Shown: in pieces, positions 1 to 12,416 of the stretch | How positions within the stretch are numbered: the stretch's first letter is position 1 | Layout: each line of letters begins with the position of its first letter | NCBI GenBank assembly: GCA_043228905.1 | Contig: JBHGNT010000010.1 | Coordinates: forward strand, 20,708,001 to 20,772,000 | Source: Azolla caroliniana | Taxonomy: Eukaryota > Plantae > Polypodiophyta | DNA length: 64,000 nucleotides | Reading direction: 5' to 3' | Position numbers and translations under genes: made by a program | Notes under the pieces: generated by a model | Databases searched by the model: none | Told to the model about the DNA's origin: nothing | Seen by the model: the letters and a program-made list of their open reading frames with translations, nothing else

Positions 1-2944
1 GTAGGATTGGTAAATTTCTCTTTAAAAAATGATAATGTAATGACGTGATTTTGATAATAACATAACATGAAAGCATATTTTGGGTTTTCTTGGCATTCAG
101 GGTCCTGAATTTGCAACTATTTGCAACTCTGTCACCTTTAAAAAGGCAGAGGCGTGAGAGATTTTGCCATAGACTTCTGTTAAGTATAATATGAGAGAAC
201 TCAGAATAACGGGATTGCTTGGAAGTAAAAGAACTCACTCATTATTAGCATGGATACTTTTGCTAAGTTTTTGTAATAATAAAAGCCAATGAGTTAGATT
301 TTGCAGTGCTTTTTGTCAACTTCTCAAAATTACTCATGTATTTTGTGTGAGAGATTGTTCCCATTTGGGTGTGACTTCAATAGTGGAGCCGAGAAAACTC
401 TTAACATTTACTGGTTTCTAAAAACCACTAAATATGTTACTATTTACTCTTGAGATTTAAAAATAAATAAATTCATGATAGTGCGAACTGATTCTTTGGT
501 TCTTGTATAGTAGTATCTACAGTACCTTTTTTCTTTCAAGTAGGGGAAAAGGGTGTTTATGTAAATGTCTAGTATTATGCGAGTTATGCATATCAATAAC
601 TACTTAAATAACATGTTCAAAACTTTTCAGCTCTTGTATCAAGAAATTTCCTTTCGGTGAACTTTTCTGGCCTTGGTTTCTTGATGACATTGCATTGGTG
701 CCTTTCTTAATATCATGGATGAAAGCTTCCTTTTAACCAAATTTGTCATTTTTCTAAGTGATGTAAAATTTGATGTTACAGTTTGTCTAATGAGACTCTG
801 AGATTTAGAAGGTGGATCCATTTTTTTTCACTATTTTTTATAGTGGAGTCACACACGATGTAATTGCTAGATGACATACTTTTTGTGGGCATCCTCATGA
901 TCATATCATGTACCCACCCTATAAATAAAGTTGTTAATGTCTGCTTTTTTAATGACTTACAGAATAATATATGCTTCATGTTTCTTGTGTGCTGTTTTAA
1001 GTTAAATCTGCATGATTTACATCCCTTTATTGGATTATTTTTTTAGTATGAGGAGAGACAATGTATCAAACATGGTGTAGCCCTTAATATTCTTAAAGTT
1101 TTGCTTTAAATTGGTCCTTGGACAGTGAATGCACAATTAAGCAAAAGAGTACAAATATTGTCTTCCAATCCAAGTCATACTTTAGACTTGCTGTATTGCA
1201 GACCTCTTATCCAAATGGGAGACTAGGACCCTTCCTCACCCCACATGGTTGTAAGATTGATGGCCAATCATAGAGAAGTTGGAAAAGCCAAACTCCTATA
1301 ATCTCCCAAGAAAAGTGTTCTCGATGATGTGCAAGGTTGCAAACCCACTAAATGAAGAGTTTTTGGTGTTTTATGTAGATGTGGCATTACTTAGCACCAA
1401 AATTGTTGCTCCCAGGGAAGACAATTTTAATATCTTTGCATGTTGCAATAAGGAGTTACGAAATGAACATTCACAACACTATCTTTCTCTCATGGACGAG
1501 TTATTTTAAATTTCATAGAGAACCCTTGGATTTCACTTACTATCATAAAGAAAACAGTTTATTGACAAATGTGATAAAGTGCACAACAAGTAAATCCTAA
1601 GACATGTGCAATTTAAAACATTGTGACACCGCCTATTTGTCTTTTCCGGAGCTTGTGCATTGAGGGGATGAGAGACAACTTTTAAGGAGAAATATAAAAC
1701 CAACAAATTGGTCATATTACCAAAAAGTCTTATTTTTGTATCATGAGCATCATATTGGTATAGTAATGCATGACTTAAACAAAACAAATAAAATAAAATG
1801 GAAGAATCACACATCTACTTTAGTAGCTGGCTTTGATATCATGTCAATGTCATGTATAATATTAACAACAATATGAATAACCAAGAGTTTTAGTATTGGA
1901 GTAAAAAAATCCATTGTTTAATGTAAAGAAACATTGCTCGATGAATTCTCCGCATCAAACAAATTTGCTAAATGGCTTAAGACATTGGTTTCCTAAATGA
2001 ACATACCATCTTCTCGTAATATCATGGGTTTAAATTTCATTTCCTTTCGAGTGTGCACGAAACACAAGGGATACGACAATGAAATCATGGATGTAGCAAG
2101 CACTGCTTTTTGGGAATCTAGTAGTGAGCTACATGCTTTGAGAGACTCAGTCAGCAATGGAGTCCAAGTTTTAGGACTACACGTGCGCCTCAATATTTTC
2201 CATATGCATAGCTTAGCTCTTCACTGTTGTGGAGCTTTTATGTGCTACATATCACCAAGGTTATCCAAAAAGATTTCTTGAAGAAGGCTTTGTCGGCATC
2301 AATCAATCTAGGGCTTATTTATTGGAGGCTATTTTTGCAATTTCTAGTTTCCCTTGGATGTGTGGACTTGAAAAGCTATGAAAACATGTAGATCTACACA
2401 CCTCCCTTTTATGTTACAAATCAACAAAAAAAATGATGGCTTCATTTATTTGTACCTACATTATGATATGTTGCAAATAACTTAGTCTCTCTTTTTTTTT
2501 TCCTATTTTGCCTAGCACGCAACATACTTTTGTTCTAAGCAAAAAGTATCTCAATGCATCATTGACGGCATATTCGTTAAATTGTGTGCAAGATCGATTG
2601 CCCCAAATTTATTCACGTTGATGATCACGACCTTCAAAGGATGATCGAGCCAATGCATGTAAATCTAGGCTTAACTTAGCTATGTTGGTTTCTAATGTGT
2701 TGCAAAGCCCTCACACCTAGATGAGATGCAAGGGGCGAACGATATAAGTCACAAATACACACACAATGCCTCCACCATTTGTGAAAACTATGACTAACTA
2801 CTACCCTTGACATGACGAGAGAGAATCGGTCCCTCTTGTCTTAACAAACTATTCGATCGATCGGGGCATTCAAATCCAAGCTTTAATTGAGCTACGAAGA
2901 GGGGATCCATGGCAGCTGTGTCTGTATTTGTCTCTATCTCTCTA

Positions 2945-2951
<7 letters not shown>

Positions 2952-2977
<26 letters not shown>

Positions 2978-3471
2978 TCTCGACACGAATAAACGCAAGG
3001 CTCATTAGCATTTGATGAACGTGGGGGAAGCTATGGAAGGAGGGGGCAATGGCTTGATTGGCACATGGAGCTAGAGGCAATGGCAATGGCAATGGCTTAC
3101 CTCCACGAGGTGATCGACCACAAGCACACATAAAGAAAAACCCTAATATGTGTATGTTGAGGTTGAAAGAGAAAAGAGAGAGCCAAGTATGTATGTATGT
3201 ATGAATGTATGTATGTATGTATGTATGTATGTATGTATGTATGTATGTATGTATGTACTCCCACCCCACCACCATTCCCACCAAAATCTCAATCATTTCT
3301 TTACTTACTTCCTTCATACAAAAAACAGAGCAGCATTAAAGCATTAATGGAGAACTCCTCTCTCTCTCTCTCTCTCTCTCTCTCAGAACTCCTTCTCTCT
3401 CTCCTTTCTTCTTAAATGTGTGTGACCTCTTCTTAATTTCTCTTCTTTATTCTCCATCTCCATCTCCACTG

Positions 3472-3526
<55 letters not shown>

Positions 3527-3637
3527 GTGTCTCTCTCTTCCACCCACGTTTCCCATCGCCAGACCCACCCTTCTCCCTTTTTCTCTCTCTCACCAGTACC
3601 CCCACACCCTAAAACCTTCTCTCTCTCTCTCTCTCTC
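2952..3637. repeat. Microsatellite cluster upstream of and in the 5' leader of the GT47 gene: (CA)n, (TATG)n and several (CT)n tracts
   Basis: (CA)n ~2952-2977, (TATG)n ~3187-3256, (CT)n ~3359-3384, ~3475-3537 and ~3619-3637. Confidence 0.95.
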
Positions 3638-3640
3638 TTC

Positions 3641-5356
3641 ATGCCCCCTCCATTCCTGCACCGAAGAAGCCTGAGAATGGAGCAGCAAAAGAAGGTTCTG
3701 TGCCGGCCTTACACACGCTACTTCCTCCTCCTCCTCGCGTGCATTAGCCTGTGGTGGCTCCTCTTTGTCTTCCAATTCTCCATCTTCTCCAATCAAGCCC
3801 CCCCCATTCTCCAGAAAGCCCCAGGGAATGCTGGTCGATCGAAGCTGAAGAAGCCCCCCTATCGATACAAGCTGTCAGATCTTCTTCAGCCCGATCAATC
3901 CGAGGCATCTGATCTTCCACCCGATCCACCCAAGCCATCATCGGATCTTCGCCCCAATCAATCGCAGCAGACGGATCTTCAGCCCTTCTGGCGTGCGCTT
4001 GCCTCCATCGATAATAAGAGCGATCCTTGTGCTGGAAGGTATGTCTATATGCATCACATCCCTTCAGAGTTCAACCAGGATCTCCTTGATAACTGCAGAC
4101 AGCTCAGTCCATGGACTAATATGTGCAAATATACTGAGAACTCCGGTCTCGGCCCTACATTAGAGGACCCTGAGAAGGCTTTCCCCTCTCGGGGCTGGTT
4201 CGCAACGAATCAGTTCTCTGTCGATGTGATCTTTCACAGCAGAATGATGCAATATGAATGCTTAACCAACGATTCTGGAAAAGCAGCAGCATTGTACGTG
4301 CCTTTCTATGCTGGGTTAGACATCGCCAGACACCTATGGGGAGCCAACGTGTCTGTCAGAGATTCGGGTCCATTGAGATTGGCCAAATGGCTAAGGAGCA
4401 GGCAAGAATGGAGTGTAATGGGCGGCCGAGATCATTTCGTGGTGGGTGGAAGGATTACATGGGATTTCCGAAGATTGACAGATTCTAACCAAGATTGGGG
4501 TAACAAGCTTCTATATATAGCAGAAGTGATGAATATGTCTATGTTGATGGTTGAGAAAAGCCCTTACCATACAAATGACCTGGCTATACCTTATCCTACA
4601 TATTTCCATCCTACCCATGATTCCGATATCATCGAATGGCAAACCCGAGTCCGAAACACAAAGAGAAATGCTCTCTTCTCCTTCGCCGGAGCTCCTCGGC
4701 CCGAGCTCGCTACCTCTATAAGAGGCCAAATCATGGACCAATGCAAGGCTTCCACGTTCTGTAACCTTTTGGAGTGTGATAGAGGTGAGAGCAAATGCCA
4801 TGTCCCTAGTGTAGTCATGAGGTTGTTTCAAGAGTCTATCTTCTGCTTGCAACCTCAAGGTGACTCTTACACTCGTCGATCTATCTTCGACTCTATGGTA
4901 GCCGGATGCATACCCGTGTTCTTTCACCAGCATTCAGCTTATACCCAATATGTATGGCATCTTCCTCATAATACAAGTAAATACTCAGTGTTCATCCCAG
5001 AAGATGACATCCGAAGTGGTAATGTGAGCATAGAAAGAGTTTTACGCAAGTTTTCCGATGCTCAAGTAAAGGAAATGAGAGAGGAAGTGATTCGGTTACT
5101 ACCCGGATTGGTGTATAACGATCCTCGACATAAGCTGTCTAGATTCAAAGATGCTTTCGATTTGACAGTTGAGGGTCTTGTAAATAGAGTAACTGATTTG
5201 AGGATGAGAGTGATGGAAGGTCGAGATGATTTTGTGGCAGTTGCAACGAAAGATGCCGAGGATATTCGAACCTCGGACCTCATTTTGAGTCAAAGAGAAG
5301 TGAGGCAATGGGAAGGCGAAAGACGCAATCGAGAACATGACACTAGAGTTGCATAA
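3641..5356 (+). CDS. MUR3: Xyloglucan galactosyltransferase, MUR3/KATAMARI1-like (exostosin family, GT47); intronless type II membrane protein
   Basis: First in-frame ATG is at 3641; the ORF-track start at 3527 is a non-ATG codon in CT-rich leader. N-terminal TM helix (YFLLLLACISLWWLLFVFQFSIF) and Pro-rich stem. GT47-A motifs ATNQFSVDVIFH, YVPFYAGLD, GRDHFVVGGRITWDFRR, DWGNKLL, IPYPTYFHP, FCLQPQGDSYTRRSIFDSMVAGCIPVFFH. Confidence 0.93.
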   Translation: MPPPFLHRRSLRMEQQKKVLCRPYTRYFLLLLACISLWWLLFVFQFSIFSNQAPPILQKAPGNAGRSKLKKPPYRYKLSDLLQPDQSEASDLPPDPPKPSSDLRPNQSQQTDLQPFWRALASIDNKSDPCAGRYVYMHHIPSEFNQDLLDNCRQLSPWTNMCKYTENSGLGPTLEDPEKAFPSRGWFATNQFSVDVIFHSRMMQYECLTNDSGKAAALYVPFYAGLDIARHLWGANVSVRDSGPLRLAKWLRSRQEWSVMGGRDHFVVGGRITWDFRRLTDSNQDWGNKLLYIAEVMNMSMLMVEKSPYHTNDLAIPYPTYFHPTHDSDIIEWQTRVRNTKRNALFSFAGAPRPELATSIRGQIMDQCKASTFCNLLECDRGESKCHVPSVVMRLFQESIFCLQPQGDSYTRRSIFDSMVAGCIPVFFHQHSAYTQYVWHLPHNTSKYSVFIPEDDIRSGNVSIERVLRKFSDAQVKEMREEVIRLLPGLVYNDPRHKLSRFKDAFDLTVEGLVNRVTDLRMRVMEGRDDFVAVATKDAEDIRTSDLILSQREVRQWEGERRNREHDTRVA

Positions 5357-5779
5357 GAATCTTTTTGAACATTGTCTACATACTGATTTTACAAGCCAAA
5401 CATTGGCAAATATGTCGAAACATTGGCAGAAGAGTTTGAAGAAAGGGGATGCAAATCCAATGATGCTTTCTTTCGCCAATGCTGTTTCTCTTATCGAATC
5501 CAGTAAAGATTGAAACAAGTCTTGTGGATCCCTATGGGCATCGAGTTTTTCCCCCTTGATGCCCATCTGTATTTACCTCCATATTATTGCATTGATTTTT
5601 ATCCTATAATGGAATATTTTTCCCTTGTTGGTTCCAAGATCTGTAGTAAATTTAATGATGGGAAAGAATTATCTATCACTTGGAGAGGCATCGGCTGGCG
5701 TTGCCAATCATGAATGAATAAGTTTTTCTGAATCTTCTTTTTTCATTTTTGTAGTACCAACCTACTTATGTAACTACCA

Positions 5780-6020
5780 GAGTATGAGGTGAAGATCCAC
5801 AAAATGAATGGATTGCATAGTATAGTAGTAATTGTAATGATATGGTAGTAGTAACGGGAAATCACAGTATGAGGGGAAAATCCACAAATGAATGTTAATA
5901 TACACATGTGTGCATGAATGGATTGCACATGCCAGTAGTAGTTGTAATGACATGTTTGTCGTAATGGGAAATTTCAGAATGAGGTCAAAATCTACAAATG
6001 AATGTTTTAATATAATGTCC
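5780..6020. repeat. Degenerate tandem repeat, 3 units of ~85-110 bp
   Basis: Recurring core (GT/GA)ATGAGG..AA(A/G)ATC(C/T)ACAAATGAATG at ~5781, ~5867 and ~5977. Confidence 0.6.
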
Positions 6021-6448
6021 ATGATGTGGATGAAGGGATTATAAATGCTAATGGTAATGGTAACTAAATGTTTTTCTTGACATCGGAGTGTACATATGGT
6101 CCACATTGATGATTTCTGTATGCAACAAGACTCTCATGTGGGAAACATTTGAAATCCAACCATGAACAATCTATGCTGCTATAGTAATGTAGCACACAAA
6201 TAGTGTCTTATAGTATATAAACATCGTGATACAATGAATTGCAATTCTTTGTTATTGAGATTAATTATCTATGGTGCATAGCCTTAATCTACATGGAATG
6301 GGATTGAGACGATGTTCAAAGTGTTTGTGAGATGAGTGGAAATCCATGACACCATATCATAGCTACAACGCCATGTTTTGTGAGATGAGTGGAAATCTAT
6401 GACACCATATAATAGGTACAAGTTACAACACATATTCAACTATTCAAC

Positions 6449-7400
6449 GTAGACAATAAGCCGACCCACTAAGGTGCATCAAATGGGGGAGAGTTCTTCA
6501 GTAGATTACATTATTAAAAGAAAGAATAGATGACCTTTATATACTCTAAATCGGAGATATGAAATTATTTAACATCATGGGGAATCTAGGAATATTTTGA
6601 TACATCTCGAGATCAACTAGACGTTGGACGTGCATGCATTACAAAGAGAGTATATTATATTTTTTGTTGTGGTGACAAATACCTCATAATCCCCATTCCA
6701 ATTTATCCGAAGCGCATCTATTGGTTGTTTGCCTACAAAATCATGACCGAATGCTCTCTCATTCCTCTGGTGACATGATATGTGGAACTAACCACCACTT
6801 GCATGTTTGATGAGACTCCTTGCTCATTTTCTCTCTTCTCTCCTCTTTAGGGTTGATTTAAGAAGGTTTCTCGCTTTCTTCACCATGAAAACTTTGTGTA
6901 TCGTTGTACTACAAACAAAATTTCATATTTACATGTTCCAATATTACTTTCAACAATTGTAACAAATATAATTTTCGTGGTGGCATAAACTAGGAGAAGC
7001 ATGTTTGTTGAGTGTTTGCTTGAAGATCATGAAATGAACTTTTTACAATTTGCATAATGTTTAGAGTCTAGACGAGTTAACTTTATCAAGGTCGGTTAGT
7101 ATAAGCTTTATCTCATTTACAAGTTACACTTCAAAAGGTAACAAAGTTGGGACGTATAAAGTTTGCGGTTCCATATTGTGTTTATTAGATCCATGTAACT
7201 TGATTATTCTTATGCTATTGTTGTAATGATTTTGATAATTCCACAGTTTGTAGTCTTTGTTGTTCGTTCACAAACGCAACTTTTGTGGTTTCAATGGATA
7301 TCATTAATTTCATTCTACTTCCTAAAGTGTGGCACAAGGGGTACATCGAGAACCATATGTGGGCAACCACGAAACACTCCCGGCATTTGTATTCCATAAC
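6449..7400 (-). pseudogene. Probable decayed spliced gene of unknown family with a RadA/Sms-type zinc-ribbon-like segment
   Basis: Phase-compatible AG..GT segments 6908-6793, 6732-6683, 6585-6535 and 6495-~6449 read TTIHKVFMVKKARNLLKSTLKRREERK*ARSLIKHASG|GKQPIDALRINWNGDYE|IPHDVK*FHISDLEYIK|NSPPFDAP*WVGLLS. The upstream segment YKCRECFVVAHIWFSMYPLCHTLGSRMK has CxxC-x10-(Y)xxC spacing. One inferred intron is only 39 nt. Confidence 0.35.
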
Positions 7401-7793
7401 ATGCGAGTTCGGATTGAGATCCATCCTCATCGTGTTGTCGAGTAAAGGAAAACGAAAGGATGCCCATGCCAATTGAAACTAGGGGAATCCGCTCACATTG
7501 TTTCTCGTCGATGTCATGTCACCAATGGGAGATGCTACATTGGCCCTGCCATCAAATATGTAACCATCACCTGTAAAGAGGTTTTCCTAAATTACCACGC
7601 ACGCCCATACGATGAATTCCTTCCTTGTTCCTTGAATGCCCCATTAATCTTTCTAGTCTACTAGGAGCATTTTCTTGATTGATATTAAATCGTTTTGTGC
7701 ACCGGGTTTAATATCGAGCACTTTTTGGAGAGTCCATTTCATGCTGGCCCTAATGTCTAACAATAGGCCGTTTTGTTGAGCCCATAAGGCCCC

Positions 7794-8219
7794 CCCTAGC
7801 CCTAGCCCTAGCCCTAGTCATGGACAACACACATGGACACAAGGAATTGTTTCAACCAAGTTTTTAAGCTGTATAATATTCCCCCACCTTTCATTTTCAT
7901 AGTCTTCATTGATACTTCCTACACCACTAGATGTGATGATCATTGATCCCCATCCCCATGCAATGAAGGAAGACATGGACTTGTGCACGCGGGGGTGGGC
8001 GAAACGATGAAATGTCCGTCCATCGTGTGGGCAAGCCGCCCATGTCTGCTGGGTTTGTGCAAGTCCAAGTCCACTAGATGTGATGATCCCCATCGCCATG
8101 CAATGAAGGAAGACAAGGACTTGTGCACGCGCGGGTTTCGGGCGAAACGATGAAATGTCCGTCCGTCCATCGCGTGTGTGCGCAAGTCCATCTCTGCTGG
8201 GTTTAGGGTTTTAGGGTTT
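7794..8219. repeat. Two ~147-bp GC-rich tandem units, each folding into a hairpin, bracketed by (CCCTAG)4 and TTTAGGG-like repeats
   Basis: Units start with CCACTAGATGTGATGATC at 7924 and 8071. Arms GGACTTGTGCAC...GTG(C/G)GCAAG. (CCCTAG)4 at 7794-7817; GGGTTTAGGGTTTTAGGGTTT at 8199-8219. Confidence 0.8.
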
Positions 8220-8321
8220 GAGAAGAATGAAGGATTTAATGGCAACTGGCTGCTCTTTGACTGACTGATTGATTGACTGGCTCCTAACTGCACTACAAGT
8301 AGTTGAGGGTTAGTATGTGTG

Positions 8322-8352
<31 letters not shown>

Positions 8353-9145
8353 TGTATGAGGAAGGTAGTGGTGGCTAAATTAGGAAGGAAAGAAAGCATG
8401 AAGACAGACAGCTCACCCCCCAAAGAGGAAAGAGGAGGTGAAACTCTCTGCTTGGCTTGGCTTGGCTGGAAGAGGGAGAGAACTCGCAGATTGGATTGGA
8501 AAATTCTCTTCTCTTCTTTACTTGTCATTGATAGATATAGATAGATAGATATAGATTAGACACAGATTATGACTACTACTATAATTATAATTACTTACTT
8601 TTAGCTAAAATTTCTATTTTTTGCTTCATTTTCTTAATCTTCTTCTTCTTCTTAATTCTTTTTTCTTTGCATGCATCTATCTCATAATTGCTCCCCCAAA
8701 AATGGATCCTCATTCTCTCTCTCTTTCATTCTTTCATTTATATATATACATATGTATATATGTATATATATATCTGCTGTGTTCCTTGCTATTTTTATAT
8801 AAACCCCTGTTTCTCTCTGTCTCTTCTGTAATCTTTGATCATTGAAGCTCTCAATCATCTACCATACCATACCATACCATACACCCATATACATATCCAT
8901 ACATACCTACATACACACATCTTTAGCATATATATCTATCATCTATACATGCATTACATAATGTTGGATTGATTGCTTTTGCTAAGAACAGATTACATAC
9001 ATACTTCTATAATAGCAAATTATATCTATTTATACATACATGCATTGCATCATGTTGGATTGATTGGTTTGGCTAAGAACCGAATTATTTTGCTATTCCT
9101 GTGTGATTAATTGTTCAATAATCTTTGAAGCGTTAATATAGCCTG

Positions 9146-12100
9146 ATGGCACCCCCTCCTAATTCTGTTGTTATCGCCCACACTGCCACAGGCATCCTAG
9201 GTCGGTATAAAATACATATAACATGTCATACAATACAATACAATACAATGCAATTCATAGTTTTATCTATTTTTATTATTATGGCATTATAGCTATTTAA
9301 ATCATAATAATAATTGTCGTGGATCGATTTGTGTTAATTACAATAATAATAATAATAATACTGAATATGGTTGTTATTGCTGTTATTGTCGTTAACTAAT
9401 TTGAGTTAATTGGATTGAAACTTTCGCGTAAGTAATCCGTTATGTCATGACATCTTGATTGCGTTAATACGGCGATTATATTTAACAAGATGAATCTATA
9501 ATCGCGGCCTCTAATTTATTTGTTTCTGTTTTTTTTGGGCAGGGAATATCATCTCATTTCTCCTCTTCCTTGCTCCCATGTATGTACGCATGCTTTTTTT
9601 CTCATTAATCTCGCGTTCTCACACACACATAACATCAATATATATAATACATATAATGCTCTCTTTTTTTCATTTTCATCGTGTTTTTTGGGCCCGTTCA
9701 ATCGCATATCAATCAATTAATCTGTTGATGCTGTGCTTATTAGTATTACACTGATTTTCTGCATTTTTATGCACTTGCTTTTGATGACTTGTTAAAATAC
9801 ATATAATTAATCAGTCAGTCACTAATCACTAATTGGATAGCTAACTAATTACGAATTGATCAGTCAAGACACTAATTGATCAGTCAAATCAATTACTATT
9901 TAGTTAAAAAATCAATTATCACTACTTCAGCAGTAATAGCTTATTTAAAATTCAGTTACTGAGATTATTAGTTCATGAATTGGGAGTGTTTATCCTTGTC
10001 TGATTTGAGTGTAATGGGTTATGTGTCCATGAGAGTCCCATAGTACATAAAATTCGTGTTCGTCTAGTATAACATTCGTTTTCCTACGTTGGAAAACGAA
10101 TGAGAATGTTATCCAAACATTCTTGTTTTTTTCCCATTTTTTTATTGCTTTTTATTGTTTTTTTTTCCATTTTTAGGCTTATCTAACTCATAATAAATAG
10201 TTAATCCAAAAGTATGGTATTTATCATTCTTTGAGGGTGTTTTTCTTTTCTTTCACGAATGATTGAACCATACTATGCATGAGACTATAATTGTCTAATA
10301 TCAATAATATGTGTCCCATCATATGTGTGTTTTATGAGCATTGATCATATGTGGTCATATGCAATCCATATGTGTATGTATGTATGTATGTATGTATATA
10401 ATGTATGTATGTTACACACATGTCTTATATGTCTATATGTATATGTGTGTTTTATGAGCATTGATCATATGTGGTCATATGCAATCCATATATATATATG
10501 TATAGTATATGTATATCTTTATATGTATACACACATGTCTTATAAGACTATATGTATACACACACATGTTTAACATGTCTATATATATCTATACACACAA
10601 CCGCATATGTTATTTACCATATTGATTTGGCCTTGGTTGTGAATTAATATGCATTGTGTGCTTCTTCTGGTGGATGTGTCTGGGGGGGGGGGGGCTCTTG
10701 TTCCATAATTCATGTTCGTGTAGCCCCACATTCGTCAAAGTGTTGAAATGGAGATCGACCAAGGGCTACTCTGGGGTGCCTTACGTCGCAACCCTGCTCA
10801 ATTGCATGCTCTGGGTCTTCTATGGCCTACCCATTGTCCATCCCCATAGCCTCCTCGTCGTCACCATCAACTCTGCTGGCGCCCTCATGGAAATCATCTA
10901 CATCTCCATCTTCGTCACCTATGCCAACAAACGACAAAAGGTGGAAACTACCTCCCCCAAACATGTTTCTCTATTAATCTATGATCATGGCTTCGTGCCC
11001 TACTTTTTAACCTTCAAATCGAACTCACTTTTTTTACCCATTTCCACCTTACTCCACACATTGGTTTTAACCCTAAAATATTTTATACTCGAGTCTATGA
11101 GCATCAAGTTTCGTCCATTTTTTACACTTTGTGATTCTCCGTTTCATTTTTGCCAGATCAAGGAGATTCTCATGTTCACAGTTGTGATCTTCGCGGTTGC
11201 GGTCGTCGTGTTGCTCACCTTACTCTTGGCGCACACACACGAGGATAGAACAAAAGTGGTCGGAAGCATGTGTGTGGTGATTGGCATATGCATGTATGGG
11301 TCACCCCTCACAATCATGGTACATAACTTCTTGCTCTCCTCTTGTCATATGTGCATACATAACCTAAAATGAGATAACATTTTGAATTATGTTGAGAGTA
11401 TATAATGTAGGGGGGGTTTCCGTATTTTCGGTCAATCCTTTTTTGAGGACTTCTCCAATTTTCATAAAATTATTTACAATGTTAAGTTTTTCAAATTTGA
11501 AACTATGGCATGTTCTCTAGCAATGTCTGACATCTTTCCCTAACTTTCACATGAATCATGGCTTTAACTTTGCTAGCTCATGTGGTGGTGTTGTTGATAG
11601 GTAAGCGTGATTAGGGAGAAAAGTGTGAAGTACATGCCGTTTCACTTGTCCTTCATCTTATTCCTCAATGGTGTGGTGTGGACTACCTACGCAATCATAC
11701 GCTTCGACATCTTCATCGCAGTATGTACATCATGATCTCTTTATGAATCATAATGTCAAAAGAATTATTGTTGATCTGACACAACACAATTGTTTCATGT
11801 TTATCTCCCAACTTTGATTATTCATGTTTAGCTCATGACTTTATTTAGTACTATCGACAACTCACCTAGACCCCAACGAGCATAATTTATGTACATATGT
11901 ACTAAACAAAGTTGGCAACTAGTTGTTGAATGTCTCCAAATACTAACCAACAAATGTTTGTGCACATATTTCATGATTGATTTGCAAAACAAGCTTGGAA
12001 ATAACTAGTTTGATTCATCTATCAGCAAAGCTTCACATGATATTGGAGTTATGTTTTGAATGCAGCTCACAAATGGAGTGGGAGCTTTGTTGGGTGCTTG

Positions 12101-12416
12101 TCAACTAATTTTGTACACAATTTATAGTAGAAAGAAAGGGGTCCTTGAAGAAGTGTTAGGTGTCAAAGCGGATCAACCCACAATTACCGAGCCACCAATA
12201 GTTGAGATAGCTGAACTAAGCCCCAGTGCAAACTCTCTCAAAGACGACGATGATGATGAAGGTTTGATTCATCAACATGAGGGACATCATTCTACTAGTA
12301 ATAACCAAACTAATATCCCTGCGTTAACATCTCCAAGTTTAGTTATAAGGGTCACATCACCTACTACAAATCATCATGGGGAAGAGCCAACACTACCCAA
12401 TATAATTAGACCATAA
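9146..12416 (+). CDS. SWEET: SWEET (MtN3/saliva) bidirectional sugar transporter, clade II-like, with extended C-terminal tail
   Basis: Exons 9146-9200, 9543-9579, 10724-10940, 11157-11318, 11601-11720 and 12066-12416, all GT-AG and in phase. Internal exon sizes 37/217/162/120 match the usual SWEET pattern. Motifs [81 protein letters not shown]. Confidence 0.95.
10069..10112. repeat. Short palindrome in SWEET intron 2 (possible MITE remnant)
   Basis: CATTCGTTTTCC-TACGTT-GGAAAACGAATG forms a perfect 12-bp stem, with overlapping ATAACATTC/GAATGTTAT arms, followed by CCAAACA. Confidence 0.6.
10321..10500. repeat. ~120-bp-period tandem duplication with (TATG)n in SWEET intron 2
   Basis: ATATGTGTGTTTTATGAGCATTGATCATATGTGGTCATATGCAATCCATAT at 10321 and 10441. 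Confidence 0.9.

Noticed and set aside
1040-2400. Several 60-94-aa ORFs that might be a transposon relic
   Set aside because: No recognisable RT, integrase or transposase motif in the frames I translated, and no termini.
3150-3642. ORFs such as [20 protein letters not shown] and HTHTHT here and at 8310, 13168, 21034, 34553 and 40372
   Set aside because: Translations of microsatellites.
4258-5566. Alternative-frame and antisense ORFs overlapping the GT47 gene
   Set aside because: Shadow ORFs of a real CDS with no domain features.
7924-8195. Hammerhead ribozyme or C/D snoRNA in the tandem hairpins (GAAAC...GTC and GTGATGA present)
   Set aside because: No CTGANGA core on either strand and no properly placed CTGA D box.
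8291-8303. CACTACAAG resembling a CACTA transposon TIR
   Set aside because: No matching opposite TIR with a 3-bp TSD found.
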